From an uncultured Planctomycetota bacterium (GTDB taxonomy: Bacteria > Planctomycetota > Planctomycetia > Isosphaerales > Isosphaeraceae), in assembly GCA_963823665.1 (NCBI GenBank), contig CAWGMQ010000002.1, positions 64,001 to 128,000 of the forward strand: a DNA stretch of 64,000 nt, given 5' to 3'. A model generated the notes under the pieces. It was given only the letters and a program-made list of their open reading frames with translations, had not been told where the DNA came from and did no database searches. Made by a program: the position numbers and the translations under genes. The first letter of the stretch is position 1, and each line of letters starts with the position of its first letter. Shown here piece by piece: positions 31,901-43,787 of this stretch.

Positions 31901-34900
31901 TTACCGCTCCCCAGTCGCTCGTAATAACGCCGCACGCCCTCGGCGAACTGGGGCGGAACAGGGTCGCGATCGATCGGCACCAGCGCATCCGGCGACTCGC
32001 GCCGCCGCACTTCCTCGGCAATCCGCTTGCGAAGCTCATTCATCGGTTCCGCGACAAGGTTCTTCAGCTTCGTCCAGTCGGGCTCTTTGGAGTGGCGTTT
32101 GTACTCATCTCGTTCTCCCCGGACACGGTCGCGAAGGCGAGCGGCCTCGGCACGCATCTCCGGGTTGTCCAGCAGCTCTTCCACATCGCGCATTCGATCT
32201 GTCCATTGACGGAAGCCCTCGCCGCGGATCGGTCCTCCTGCCCAGGTCGTCCGCCGCTCCACGGTCATCACCTCCGCCCGGGCCGCCGGCCTGTGTATCC
32301 CGGCCCCGTTGTCACCTTGCTGCCCCCGCTCGCCATCCGCCGGATTGCCACCCCGAAGACGACGCGGCCCTTGCGCTTGCCCTTGCCCGCCCTGCTGCTC
32401 GCCTCGACCTCCAGCTTGTCCGCCACCCTGCTGCTCTTGACCTCCTTGCTGCCCCGGCTGCTCTTGTTGTCCTTGACCCTCGCCGCGGCCCTGCTGCTGT
32501 CCCTGCTGGCCTTGCTGTTCTCCACGACCCTGTCGCCCGTCTTGCCCGCCTTGCCGCTCACCGGGCTGCGGCTGACCCTGTCGCCCGTCTTGCCTGCCTT
32601 GCTGCTCACCGGGCTGCGGCTGGCCCTGTTGCCCATCTTGCCTACGTTGCGGCTCGCCCGGTTGCGGCTGACCCTGTTGCCCGTCTTGCCCGCCTTGCTG
32701 CTCACCGGGTTGCGGCTGACCCTGTTCCTGGCGCCTTCCCGCTTGTCCCGGGCGTTGGCCCTGTCTCGCGCGGGCTCCGATTCGCCGGCTCAGTTCCCGT
32801 GGCCTGCGCAATCTCGCGATCGAGCTGGTCGCCGAGGTCCTCAAGCTCGCGCTGGGCCCGCTTGAGCGCCTCTGTTTCATCGCCCAGCACGCTCCGCGCC
32901 GCTCGCTCGACCCCTTCACGCAATTGCTCCAGGCCTTGCCCCGCGTGCCGCGACGCCTTCGCGGCATCCTCACTGACTGCCCAGGTCGACCAGTTGCTGC
33001 GAGACCTTGAGCGCGTCTGGGAATCTTCTGCTCACCCGCCTTCCGGGCCGTGTCGTAAAGCTCCTTCGCCAGCAGCGGCTCGCTCTCCTCCGCATCCTCG
33101 AACGGTGCGACGCATTTGCTCGAGCAGTTGATCGAGCCGTTTTTCTTGTTGGTCAAGCCCTTCGCGCACCTGCTTTCGTTCGCCCGAATCGCGCAGCGAA
33201 TGCTGCTCACTCTGGTTGCTGGCTTCAAGCTGTTCGCTGAGCTTTTGCTGATCCTCGCTGAGCCGACGCGCCTGGTTGCGCATGTCGGTCGCTTCCTCGG
33301 TGAACCGATTGGCAGCCTTCTTCCGCAGCTCTTCACGCAGGTCGTTTAACTGGCGGCCCGCCCGTGTGCCCTCGGTCAGGGCCTGCCCGAGCCGGCCTTG
33401 CTCGAGCGCGTCGGAGGCCTGCCGCACATGCTCGCGGCCCTGCTCGATCTGCTCGCGCGCATCGGCCATACGCTCGCGGTTTTCCTCCTGTTCCATCCGC
33501 TCTCTGCAGCTCGTCCGTATCGCGCAGGATCTGCTGCTGCTGATCCCTCAGCCGCTTGAGCTGCCGATCAATCTCCTGTCGCGCCTGCTCCGTCTTGGCC
33601 GCCTCGAGCGCCGACTGCAGTTCCTTCAGCCGTTCGTTGACGTCAGCCTGGCGCTGGGCCAGCTCGCGCAGCCGATTGAGCACCTGACGCGTCTCGCGCT
33701 GCTCGCGCTCTCTCTGCGACAGGTTCTCTGCGGCTCGTGCCGAGCGCTGCTCTTCGTACCGGTTCTCATCGTTCGTGAGCTCGAGCTGCTGAAGCTGCCG
33801 CTGTGCCAGTCTGCCCCCGGAGCTCCGGCTCCCTGTTGCTGCCGCCGCGAGTTATTGTCGAATCACCTGGAATTCTCGGGCGCGCAGCTTGAGCAACGCC
33901 TGGTAGGCAGCCTGCTCGGCAGCGAGGGCCGGCTGCAAGCGCCGGGATCGACGACTTCTCGGCAACGTCCGTCAAGCGCTTCTCGGCATCCTTCATCAAC
34001 CGCGTGGCCTGCTCCAGGCTCGCTTTCGATCGCCGCATCTTGCAGCCGCTCCCCGAGCCCGTCGGCCTTCTCGATCGCCGATTGCTGAGCCTCTTTGAGC
34101 ACCTTGCCGTCCTCGGCGAGCTTGTCGGTCGGCTTGCCGCCGGTCTCGCGTCGCACCAGCTTCCAGGTGCCGTTGATGATCTCCTTCTGAAGCTCGGCCA
34201 GCTGGTCGGAATCGCGGGCGTTGTTCTGCCCGCCCTCCTGTTCCTCGTTCTGGGCTGATCCGCCCGGCGGTTGCTCACCCTGCCGGAAGATCTCCTCGAA
34301 GTGCCGCACCTCGGCAAAGTACATGTCGCCCAGACGTGCGCCGCGCCTGCCCGTCGGGCCCCACGTCCTCGCCCCAGAAGAAATAGGTGACAAGCTGATC
34401 GGGAATCGCTTGCAGGGCCTCGAAGTCCAGCAAATGCTCGGCGCGGACCTGCCGTTTGCCGGCACTGGAAGAATTGAGGACGATCTCACGAGATTCGCCC
34501 CCGGCGATGCTGTACGACAGCCCATGACGAGTTACGCCGAAGTCATCCTCGACGTCGGCCTTGAGCTTGAGCTCTTCGACCGGCGACACCCGAACATCAT
34601 GCGCCGGCTGAGTCGTCTTCACAACCGGCGGATGGTTCCGCGTGACATTCACCACGATCTCGCTCGCCAGCTTGTTGGTGCGCCCATCCTTGTCAACCAG
34701 CTCGACTTTGAACCGCCTGGGATCCGCCAGCGTCATGGTCGTCCGGTAAACATGACGCCCATCCGTGGTACGCCTTTAGCTCGATCGACTTCTTCTCGGC
34801 GTCCACCAGCCGCGCAGTGGCAACATCCTTGTTGAGCCGGCATAAAAGCGTCAGCTCGGTGCCTTCGACGGCCGTCACATGCCGGATATCCTCAACCGTC

Positions 34901-35784
34901 TTGGGCTCGAGCGAAGTGTAGCGCGGAAAGATCAGCTTGGCGTCGGTACGCACCAGTTCAGGGTATTCAAAAACCTTGACCTGAAACGTATCCGTGCTCT
35001 TGCCGCCGTACTCCACACGATAAGCAATGTCCGTCTCCACCGACTCGACTCGGCCGGCAAACGTCGGGTCTTCCAGGCTGCGGATCATTCCTCGCAGCGC
35101 CGTGGGTCCAGCCGGGCTCTCGACAACCAGATTCGCCTCGGCCGGCACAGGGCCCTGGAACCGCGCGACGACCAGCAGCGACGTGCCCCGCTCGATCTCG
35201 GTGTTCCCCGGATCGACCGAAACGCCCGTCCCGCCGGCCAAAGACTTGATCGACCTCGTGCCGCCGACATCCGACCGCGCCAGCGGGCTCATCGTGACCA
35301 GCACCACGAGCAACGAGCAAAGCGCCGCGGCGTGAGCCACCATCGCTCCGCGCAATGTCCAGCTCGGGACTGTTTCATTCCAGTCCGACTTGCGGCGATG
35401 ATCGAGCACTTCTTTGACGACCGCATATTGCAAGAAGCCGAGCTGGCCTGAAGGCGACGCACCAATCTCTTCGACGGCGGCCAGGAGCCCCGTTTTCAGC
35501 TCCGGATGCTTGGCCTCGATACGCCGCGCCACCCAGCGCGGATCGCGCGCCCTCATCTGCGCCCAGGCGACGCAGAGCACGCCCGTCACCAAGGCCACCC
35601 CCGCCAGCGACGCCGTCAGCCACCAATCGTCAATCGGCCCGATCGATTCCTGGAACCAGGCGGTGCGCATCCCGCAGCCCACCAGCGCCCACACCAGCCA
35701 GCACAAGGCCAGGCTGCTGAAGAGCCGCTCATGGCGGAATCGGCGAGCAACTCGTTCCAGTGCTTGAAACAATGACATACTCAT
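31897..35784 (-). CDS. Large membrane-anchored coiled-coil protein (DUF4175-like); many frameshifts
   Basis: ATG 35784 overlaps the upstream stop; 3 TMs, Ig-like region (ADVEDDFGV), long Q/E/R coiled coil, G/Q-rich repeats, C-terminal DRDPVPPQFAEGVRRYYERL. Confidence 0.78.
32526..32726. repeat. Coding tandem repeat, 4 x 48 nt plus a partial copy
   Basis: Units start at 32526, 32574, 32622, 32670 (GACCCTGTCGCCCGTCTTGCCCGCCTTGCCGCTCACCGGGCTGCGGCT); encode GQPQPGEQQGGQDGRQ on the minus strand. Confidence 0.9.
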
Positions 35785-37900
35785 GTGCCCACTGCCTCCG
35801 CATGAGTCGACCGGCGCCCGGCAGCACGCCGGCCAGCCAGCCAGGTTTCGACGATCAGTACACCGATCGCAGCCAGGATCAGCCACCGCCAGAGTTTCTG
35901 GCGGTTCTCGAGCTCCAGATTGTACATCTGCCGGAGCTCCGCATGATTGAAAGGTTTCGGGGTTTGGCTTGCCAGCCGGCAACCCCACTTTTGCAAGGTC
36001 ACGTCTTCGAGCGCGGCTGTTTTGCTTTCCAGGGGGTCGAGGTTGATCGCAAACGACCTCGTCCCGTCGGGTGTGTCGACCGCGTACACCCCGGGCTCGC
36101 CTGTATCCGCGAAGAACGGGCTGCCCTGCGGGACAGCCGCGATCGTCCCATCCGGTTTGTGGACGGTCAGACCACTGCCGCCTGCTTCGATCGCCGGCAT
36201 CGGCACCTGATCGAAGACCACGTGCGCACCTCCACCCAGGGTAGGGGGGCTTCGTCCCTCCAGTAACCCTGTCATCAAGGCCACAAACTTCGACGACCGC
36301 GCAAGCTGACTATCAACCGGTTGCCAGCCGCTCGCAAACACCACCAGCCGTCCCTTCCCCACGGCTTTCTCGATGACGGCGGCGTCGCCCGGCTTCAAAC
36401 CGGGCGATGACGTTGGCCTCGCCCAGCGATTCCGGCTTGATCAGCCGATGCTTCCAGAAATGGATCTTCGTGAAGTCGTTGAACTGGGCGCCGGCAAGCG
36501 GCGCAAAAAGCGGATGGTCGAACTTGATCTCACCCAGCATCACATCTTTCGAGGGCGCTTCTTCAATGGCCCAAGGCGCGACACCAGCAATCGTGGCGAG
36601 GGTTTCAGCACGACCGGGTGCAGCAGCCACGAACAGCAGGGTTCCACCGCCGCGCACATATTGCTCGAGCACGCTGCGCGTTCGCCCCGCTCGTCTCCGC
36701 TGTCAAAATCACAAGCGGCACGGCCGAGGGCTTCTCGAGCGCGACAGCCTTGTTCGGAAGCTGAGCAACGATGCGAATGGTGCGCCTCGGAGTGTCGACG
36801 AACACTCTCTCGAGGTAATAAAGAAGACCCGTGGAATCATCAGCCCGATCGCTGCCGATATAAACGACCGTCTTCTCGTCTCGTCGCTCATCCGCGAAAT
36901 ACACCGTGTTGTCGTATCCGCGCTCGTCGCCGCGCAGCCGGAGCAAACGATAGAGCCCCTGACCCTTCGGCCGCGGCACGTGCATCACGCGGCTCTCTCC
37001 AGGTGGAACGTAAACCTCCACGGGCGGGTCGGCCGCTTCTTTGTCGTGCTCGTCAACCCACACCAGCTCAAATTTCTCGCGCCGTGACGATGGATCGTTC
37101 AGCACCCGGACTCGCCGGCTATTGTTTGTAGCGGCCGGATCCGACTCGGCAGACTCCGCGAGCACCGCAAGGCCCGCATTCGACCCGGCATCAGTAACGG
37201 TCTTCAGTTCGAGGTCGACGTCGGAGGGCCATTCAAAACCGCCAAGCGCGTCCAGCCGGCTTCCCTGGGGAAGGTCGCTGATCAAAATCACCCGCCGCGG
37301 CATTCGCCCGCTCTTCTCGCTGGTATCCGCCTGCTCTTCGACTACTGAAACCACGTCGATCAGAGCCTGCCCCAGGTTCGTACCGCCCCACGAAGGCGCC
37401 AGTTGAGCGAGCTTCGCCTTGGCAATGGCATCACGCCGGGCCGCATCAAGCGTCGCCGATTCCCGGAAGCTTAAAAGGGGCTGGGTCTGTACATCAAACG
37501 AAAACACAGCCAGTTGGTCGGCAGGCCGGCGATCGGCAATCACCTTGTTCGCCATCTCGAGCGCCCGGGCCCATAAGTCGCCCCGCCGCATGCTGGCACT
37601 CGTGTCGATCAATACGGCCACTCGCCGCCGCTCGACGTCGCTGAATCCCAGGCGAGCCGCCTCACGCAGAAACGGCCTCGCAAACGCAAAAGCGAGCAAG
37701 CAAAGTGCCGCCGCTCGCAAGAGCAGCAGGAGCAAATGGTCCAGCCGGCTTCGCCTGGTGAGTCGCGGCGGAGTCGGCGCTAGAAACATCAGCGAGCTGA
37801 ACGGCACCTCTCCGCGCGGTGACCGGCGGATCAAATGAAATACGACCGGAGCGACGAGCGCCGTGAGCCCAAGGATGTACAGCGGCGTGAGGAAGCTCAC
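35781..37900 (-). CDS. BatA-domain/VWA protein; frameshifts near 36390 and 36680
   Basis: MSFLTP...PVVFHLIRR...FSSLMFL...LLLLRAAA...FARP (BatA N-terminal), VLIDTSASM MIDAS motif, C-terminal LWRWLILAAIGVLIVETWL. Confidence 0.88.
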
Positions 37901-38901
37901 CGTGCCCCTCCTCGACCAGGCGCAACCCGGCGCCCCGGCCGTCGCACCCGGCGCATCCGCGCCCTCAGAAGATCGAAGAGAACAAGCTCGAGGGGCCGGT
38001 CTGTCGTGATCGACTCGTATTCAATCCCCAGATCGACGCAGGCTCGCTCAACCTGCGCGGCGTGAGCGGCAAACTTTCGCAGGTATCCCTCCCGGGCCGC
38101 GGCCGGGTCGATGTACAGTTCCTTGCCCGATTCCACGTCGTGAAACATCGCGGGTGCCGTGAACGTGAAGTTCACCTCTGCCGGGTCGAGCACCCGCAGC
38201 ACGACGACGTCATGCCCTCGAGAACGCAGATACCCAAGCCGCGTCTGCAACGAATCCGCCGGAGCAAGCAGGTCCGAGATCAACACGATCAACCCGCGTT
38301 TCCGCACCGTCGCCGCGATCTGTTCGAGCGGCTCGACCAGATTCGTCGCCCGCCCTTCCGGCTCGCGATCAAGCGCGGCCATCAACCGGCGGAGATGGCC
38401 CGGCCGATACCGCGCCGGCAGATAATCCGTGATTCGATCCTCGAATAAGAGCAATCCAACGGCGTCGCGCTGGCTCGCCAGAAAGTAGGCGATCGTGGCC
38501 GCCGCCGTGCGTGCATAATCGCTCTTGCTGTAGGGCCCCGATCGATAGCCCATCGAACGGCTCGTATCGACCACCAGGTTGCAGCGCAGGTTGGTTTCAT
38601 CCTCGAACCGTTTCACGTAATACCGGTCCGACCGCGCGTACAACCGCCAGTCGAGATAGCGAGGGTCATCGCCCGGGCTGTACTCGCGATATTCGCTGAA
38701 CTCGACCGAGAACCCGTGGTAGGGGCTGCGATGAATGCCCTTGATGAATCCTTCGACCGCCACCCGCGCCCTGATCTGAAGACTCTTGATACGCATCAAC
38801 GTGCGCGGATCGATCAGAGAATTGCCGGCGTGCGCCCCTGCATCGCCCTGCGACGTGCTTGGCCCGGACCCGGAAGCTCGGTGTCGCTCAAGCACGGGCA
38901 T
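37897..38901 (-). CDS. DUF58 domain-containing protein
   Basis: GIHRSPYHGFSVEFSEYREYSPGDDPRYLDWR, VVDTSRSM, VLISDL. Confidence 0.93.
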   Translation of the reverse strand: MPVLERHRASGSGPSTSQGDAGAHAGNSLIDPRTLMRIKSLQIRARVAVEGFIKGIHRSPYHGFSVEFSEYREYSPGDDPRYLDWRLYARSDRYYVKRFEDETNLRCNLVVDTSRSMGYRSGPYSKSDYARTAAATIAYFLASQRDAVGLLLFEDRITDYLPARYRPGHLRRLMAALDREPEGRATNLVEPLEQIAATVRKRGLIVLISDLLAPADSLQTRLGYLRSRGHDVVVLRVLDPAEVNFTFTAPAMFHDVESGKELYIDPAAAREGYLRKFAAHAAQVERACVDLGIEYESITTDRPLELVLFDLLRARMRRVRRPGRRVAPGRGGAR

Positions 38902-39925
38902 CAGTTGCGCAACCCCTTTACGTGTTCCAGAAGCCGGTCGATCACGGTGTCAACGGCTACGCCGTCGGCTTCGGCTCGATAGCCCAGCAGAATGCGGTGC
39001 CGCAAAGTGGGGTGCACCAATGCGCGGATGTCTTCCGGCTCGACGTGGAAACACCCCCGCAAGAGTGCGCGGGCCTTGGCCCCCAGCACCAGCGACTGCC
39101 CGGCGCGCAGACCAGCCCCCCAGCTCACCCACTGATTGATGAAGTCCGGCGCATCCGGCCCCGGGCGGCTCGATGCCGCCAGCCGCACCGCATGCCGCAC
39201 CAGGTCTTCCGCGATCGGCACCTTGCGCACGACTTCGTGAAACTGAAGCACGTCGCGGCCGTCAAACAGAGGCTCGATCACCTCCGTCTTTCGCGAGGTG
39301 GTTTGCTGGACAACCGCCACCTCCTCCGGTTCCGGAAGGTAATCGACGATCACGTTGAACATGAACCGGTCGAGCTGCGCCTCCGGCAGCGGGTATGTCC
39401 CCTCCATCTCGATCGGGTTCTGCGTGGCCAGCACGAAGAACGGTTCTTCGAGGGGATAGCGTACCCCCGCCGCCGTCACCTGGTGCTCCTGCATCGCTTC
39501 CAGGAGCGCCGCCTGCGTCTTGGGCGGCGTCCGGTTGATCTCGTCGGCGAGGATCACGTTGGCAAAGATCGGTCCTTTCACGAACTGCATCCGCCGCCGG
39601 CCTTCGCCGGTTTCCTCGAGAATCTCCGTCCCCGTGATGTCGGCCGGCATCAGGTCCGGCGTGAACTGGATCCGCTGAAACTTCAGGTGGAACACTTGCG
39701 CGATCGTGCGCACAAGCAAGGTCTTGGCCAGCCCGGCGCGCCGGTGATCAGGCAGTGACCGCCGGCAAACAAGCTGATCAGAAGCTGATGCGTCGCCTCC
39801 TTCTGGCCGATGATCACCTTGGAAAGCTCGCGCTCGATCCGGCCTCGGCTCTCGTGGATCTTCTCGACAGCAAGGCGCTCTGAGTCGTAGGCATCGGCGG
39901 CGTCCGGCACAATCATCCCTTTCAA
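38901..39925 (-). CDS. moxR: MoxR family AAA+ ATPase; frameshift in Walker A near 39735
   Basis: IIGQKE, HCLITGAPG/LAKT, RIQFTPDLMPADITG, LADEINRTPPKTQAALLEAMQE, ATQNPIEMEGTYPLPEAQLDRF. Confidence 0.93.
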
Positions 39926-39978
39926 ACGTCACTTCGGGCGGTCGTCACGGCGATGCCGGTCGCGGCCCAGCGTGCCGC

Positions 39979-40959
39979 TCAGTGAGTCATCGCATAAGTC
40001 ACAATATTGATGCCCATCGGGTACGACTTCTTTGCCGACATCTCATTGAAATAGTCCTCTTCAACCCCTTCGCGCTCCCAGCCATCGCCCAGGTCGGTGT
40101 TGTGGCAGATGATCACCATCATCCGGCCCTTGTCGTCCTTGATCTGCTTGTAGTGAACGGTGCGCGTCCCGGGCCCGTGCCGAAGCTCGCTTTCATAGGT
40201 GACATCCGACCCGAGCCCCCCCCAGGCATCGATGCTAGGAACTTGGGGTTTTTCCTTGAGAGGATAGACGCAATTGAAGATTTTGTGCGTGATCGGCAAC
40301 TCTTCCGGCTCATACTTGTCCTCCGGAAAAACACCCTTTATTTGCTGATAGAACCTTTGGTACTCAAAGTCGCCCCAGAAATCGTCGACCATCAAGAAGC
40401 CGCCGTTCAATAGATAATGGCGCAAGGCCGCCGCTTCCTCCGGCGAGAACGAGAGCCCATGCCCCGGCTCGATCAGATAAAGGAACGGGTAATCGCACAG
40501 GTCCTGGTCGGTCAGGCGTCTCGTGATCGGTTGTGGGTTGACCTTCAGTGAGGTGAGGTCATGCAGCCGCAACGAGAAGTTCAAATCGCTGTCCGGGAAG
40601 TCGGTGCGCCACGGTCCTCCCCACCCATAGCCACCGCCGAAACCGCCGCCGCCGAAACCACCCCCTCTGCCGCCACGACCGCGCCGCGGTTGTTGTTCCA
40701 TGCTCACGAGCGTCGGCACTGTCCGCGTGTCGATCCCCCCCCAACGTCCTCCAACAGAGTCATATTCGACTCGGACAAACGTGAATACATCTTTACGAAA
40801 ATGTTCGTCGACCTTCCATTCCTCCACACCCCTGCGGTCCTCGATAATCGCGCCCGATCGTGATTGCCCTTGCTGACCAAATGTTTGCGCCAGCGCGGCG
40901 CCGGCGAGGACCACGAGGACCGCAACCAGGCCGAGGTGGAATAGGCGTTTTCGGCTCAT
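39979..40959 (-). CDS. Secreted DUF4159 domain-containing protein with a Gly-rich insert
   Basis: Signal peptide, FTFVRVEY, WRTDFPDSDLN, YLLNGGFLMVDDFWG, NTDLGDGWE, GINIVTYAMTH. Confidence 0.88.
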   Translation of the reverse strand: MSRKRLFHLGLVAVLVVLAGAALAQTFGQQGQSRSGAIIEDRRGVEEWKVDEHFRKDVFTFVRVEYDSVGGRWGGIDTRTVPTLVSMEQQPRRGRGGRGGGFGGGGFGGGYGWGGPWRTDFPDSDLNFSLRLHDLTSLKVNPQPITRRLTDQDLCDYPFLYLIEPGHGLSFSPEEAAALRHYLLNGGFLMVDDFWGDFEYQRFYQQIKGVFPEDKYEPEELPITHKIFNCVYPLKEKPQVPSIDAWGGLGSDVTYESELRHGPGTRTVHYKQIKDDKGRMMVIICHNTDLGDGWEREGVEEDYFNEMSAKKSYPMGINIVTYAMTH

Positions 40960-40998
40960 CGCTCTTGGTACCTGTTTGTTCGGGCGGAGCGGTCCTAT

Positions 40999-43708
40999 CT
41001 ATCGCGAGCGGGCCGCTGGCGGCTCCGGATCCAGCAGCTCGAGCAGTAGTTGGTGGGCTTCTCGGAAGCGGGGCGCTTGCTCAAGCGACTTGAGCACCTC
41101 GCGCCGGGCTTCCTGGGGCTTGCCGGCCCGGCGAAGCAAGCTCGCCAGGTGATAGTGCACTGAGGCCGGATCGGTGTCGTCGAGAGTCGCCAGCGCGCGG
41201 TACGCGCCGATCGCCTCATCAAGCGACCCCAGCTCCTCCGACGCGCGGGCGAGTCCGCGGAATGGCGGCGGGATGAGCGGATTGACGGCCAGCAGTCGCC
41301 GGGCATTCTCGCCCAGAGCAGCGCCAATCGCCGGCCGCGTCGGCAACTTCCATCAGCCTCAGGTAGGCCGCGCTTGCGTCGCCATCCCTCATCGCCAGCT
41401 CCTCGAGGATCGTGTGTTCGGCCGCGGGATCCCCTAGTCGTCGATAAACCGCGGCCAGCAACAGGTAAGCGTTATCGCCCCCGACGTATCCCGGATAAAT
41501 GGCCTTGAGCTTCTCGAGAACGTCTTTCGCTTGAGCCCACTTCCCCTCGGCGACCAGCGTCGCCCCGGACCGCTTCAATCCCCAAAAGCTCTTCGGATGC
41601 TTTTCGAGCCAGGCCGCTACAACCGTTGAATCCGCGTCAACCGGCAGATCCGGCTCCTCCCAGGTCGCCCCCGGAGCAATCTTCTCCGCTCGCTCCCGCG
41701 CAAACTTTCTAAATTCGCCATCTATTTGATCTAGCGTCATTTTCGTGCGGTTCGGCAGGCCCTCGTTCATCGGTATGCCGGCACCGAGATCGTCCAGCAG
41801 CCCCTTCACGGCAGGCAGGCCGAACCGCTCAATCAGAAATTCAACGGCAAGGGCGGACTCAAAGTACGCAAACTGCACGTCCAGTGGAGTCTTGGCCGTT
41901 AAGAACGCGGAACTCAGGCGGCTGATCGGCGTGAGCCCGTCCGAGAGAATCATGGCGCGATAACGCGGGTCAAAGGCCGTCGCCCAGGCAGGATCTGCTT
42001 GCCCTTCCTCGTAAACGGAGATCCCCTCGCTCAGCCACCGGGGCATCTTGTTTCGAGTTTTCCCAAGAGTCACCACATGGCAAAATTCATGCCAAAGCAC
42101 GGCCTCCCAGTTTGAATGGTGTTCGCCCTGCGACGCTGGGCTCCTCGCCGTGACAACTCGGCCGAAGCACACACCCAAGAGCCCCTCCGCCCCAGGCAAG
42201 CCGAAAGTCCGCACCGCAAATTCCTTCTGCTGCGGAAAAACCTCGACGATCACCGGTTCTTTCAGCGTGACACCATACTTCGCCACCAGCGTTTTCCTGG
42301 CTCGCGTGAGCAGCTCCAGGACGCGCGGTCCATACAGCTCCGCCTCGCGGGCGTCCATGCGCAGAATGAGGCCCTCGTCTTCGAGCGTCCGGAAGCTCGA
42401 CAGTCGGTCGCGAAGCGTCACCAGGTTATACGCGACTACGTTGTAGCCATCCTTGCTGAAGATTTCAGCAGCGAGCTTCCAGCCTTCTGTTTCTTCCCCC
42501 AGCCGAAGAAGGTCCTGGCAGAGCTGCAGCTTGGCTGGCTGATACCCGGGATCAAACGCTAGCGACTGCTTCTGACGTTGCGCCCCTTCCGCAAATCGGT
42601 ACTTCTGCGACAACTTTCGTCCGATGATGTGGTCGACTTCGGGGTTCGCGTCCCACCGCGCGAGCGCCTTCTTGCGAGCCTCATCTTCTCCGGCTTGATC
42701 ACTGCGAAGGTGCGCGAGGACCGCCTCATACGCGTACGCCCGCGACTCACGCGGGTTCACGTTGAAGACCTCTTTCAAGACCTTTTCCGCCTCGGCGTAA
42801 CGCTCGCCGTCGATCATGGTATCGGCCACGAGCAGCAGGCTGTCGACGTGACTGGGGTTGATCTTCAACGCCTGCGCCAGCGCTTTGCCGGTCGCCTCTC
42901 GATCGTCGTTCGCGAGTGCACGAGCCATCAGATAATGAAACCGGGGATCGGCTGCGGCCTCCTTCGGGGCCTTTCGCAACGTCTCGGCCGCGAGGGCGTA
43001 ATCCTCCTTGTCCAGCGCCATCTCCGCAGTGGCAAACCACCCCTCGACGAAACCAGGCGCTTGCTTGGTGACGACGTCATAGCACTGGTCCAGCACCTTG
43101 CGCGCATCCTCGCCGCGCAGCAAAAACAACCGCCCGACCGTCACCCAACCCTCGGGAGTCGCGTAGCGCCGCGGAGAGTTCTGGAAAAGCTTCGTGATCG
43201 TCTCGAGCTCGAGCGCCGCGTCCCCTGCCTGGCCCGTCTGACGATAGATCTGACTCCCGAGCAGATGCAGCGATATGCTCGCAGGGAAACGAATCAAGGC
43301 CTCCTCAAGAGCGGCAATCGCTTCCTTGTCTCTTCCCCTCGCCAGCTCCGTCTTGATCTTCAAGTGCCGCCACGCTTCACTCCACCCGTCATTCTCCATT
43401 CCGGCGTCGACCGCCTTCGCACACTCGTCGTACTTGCCCGTTCGGAACAATATCTCTGCGTCATCGAGATCCGCTGCAATCGCTTGCGAGCACAAGAAGC
43501 CGAGACACAACGAAAGAAGCGTTTTTTGCAAGCGGCCGAGGCTGCCAGCACAACGAAATCCACCGTGCGACGTCCAACATTGCGACGCTGACGCGAGCAT
43601 TCCGCCCTTTCGTTCCGGAGAAATTACTTTCCTCGAAAGTAGGCAGATGGCAATTATAGCGGCGTACCGACCGACAGTGCCACCGTCCTCCGCACGCGCA
43701 AGTCGCAT
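40999..43708 (-). CDS. TPR-repeat protein with HExxH (peptidase MA/gluzincin-like) domain; start uncertain; frameshift near 41330
   Basis: Multiple TPRs; LWHEFCHVV followed by PRWLSEGISVYEE. Confidence 0.85.
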
Positions 43709-43787
43709 AACCGTAGGTCAGGCTTCAGCCTGACGATCGCTTCCCGTTCTCCCCACGCGCGTCCCGCATCTACCGAGGATTTCTCTG

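Noticed and set aside
32526..32726. Possible CRISPR array
   Set aside because: The units are contiguous 48-mers without unique spacers, in frame within a CDS, and no cas genes are present.
31735..32865. Leu-rich 376-aa plus-strand ORF resembling a membrane protein
   Set aside because: It is the antisense shadow of the Gln/Gly (CAG/GGC) repeats of the minus-strand gene.
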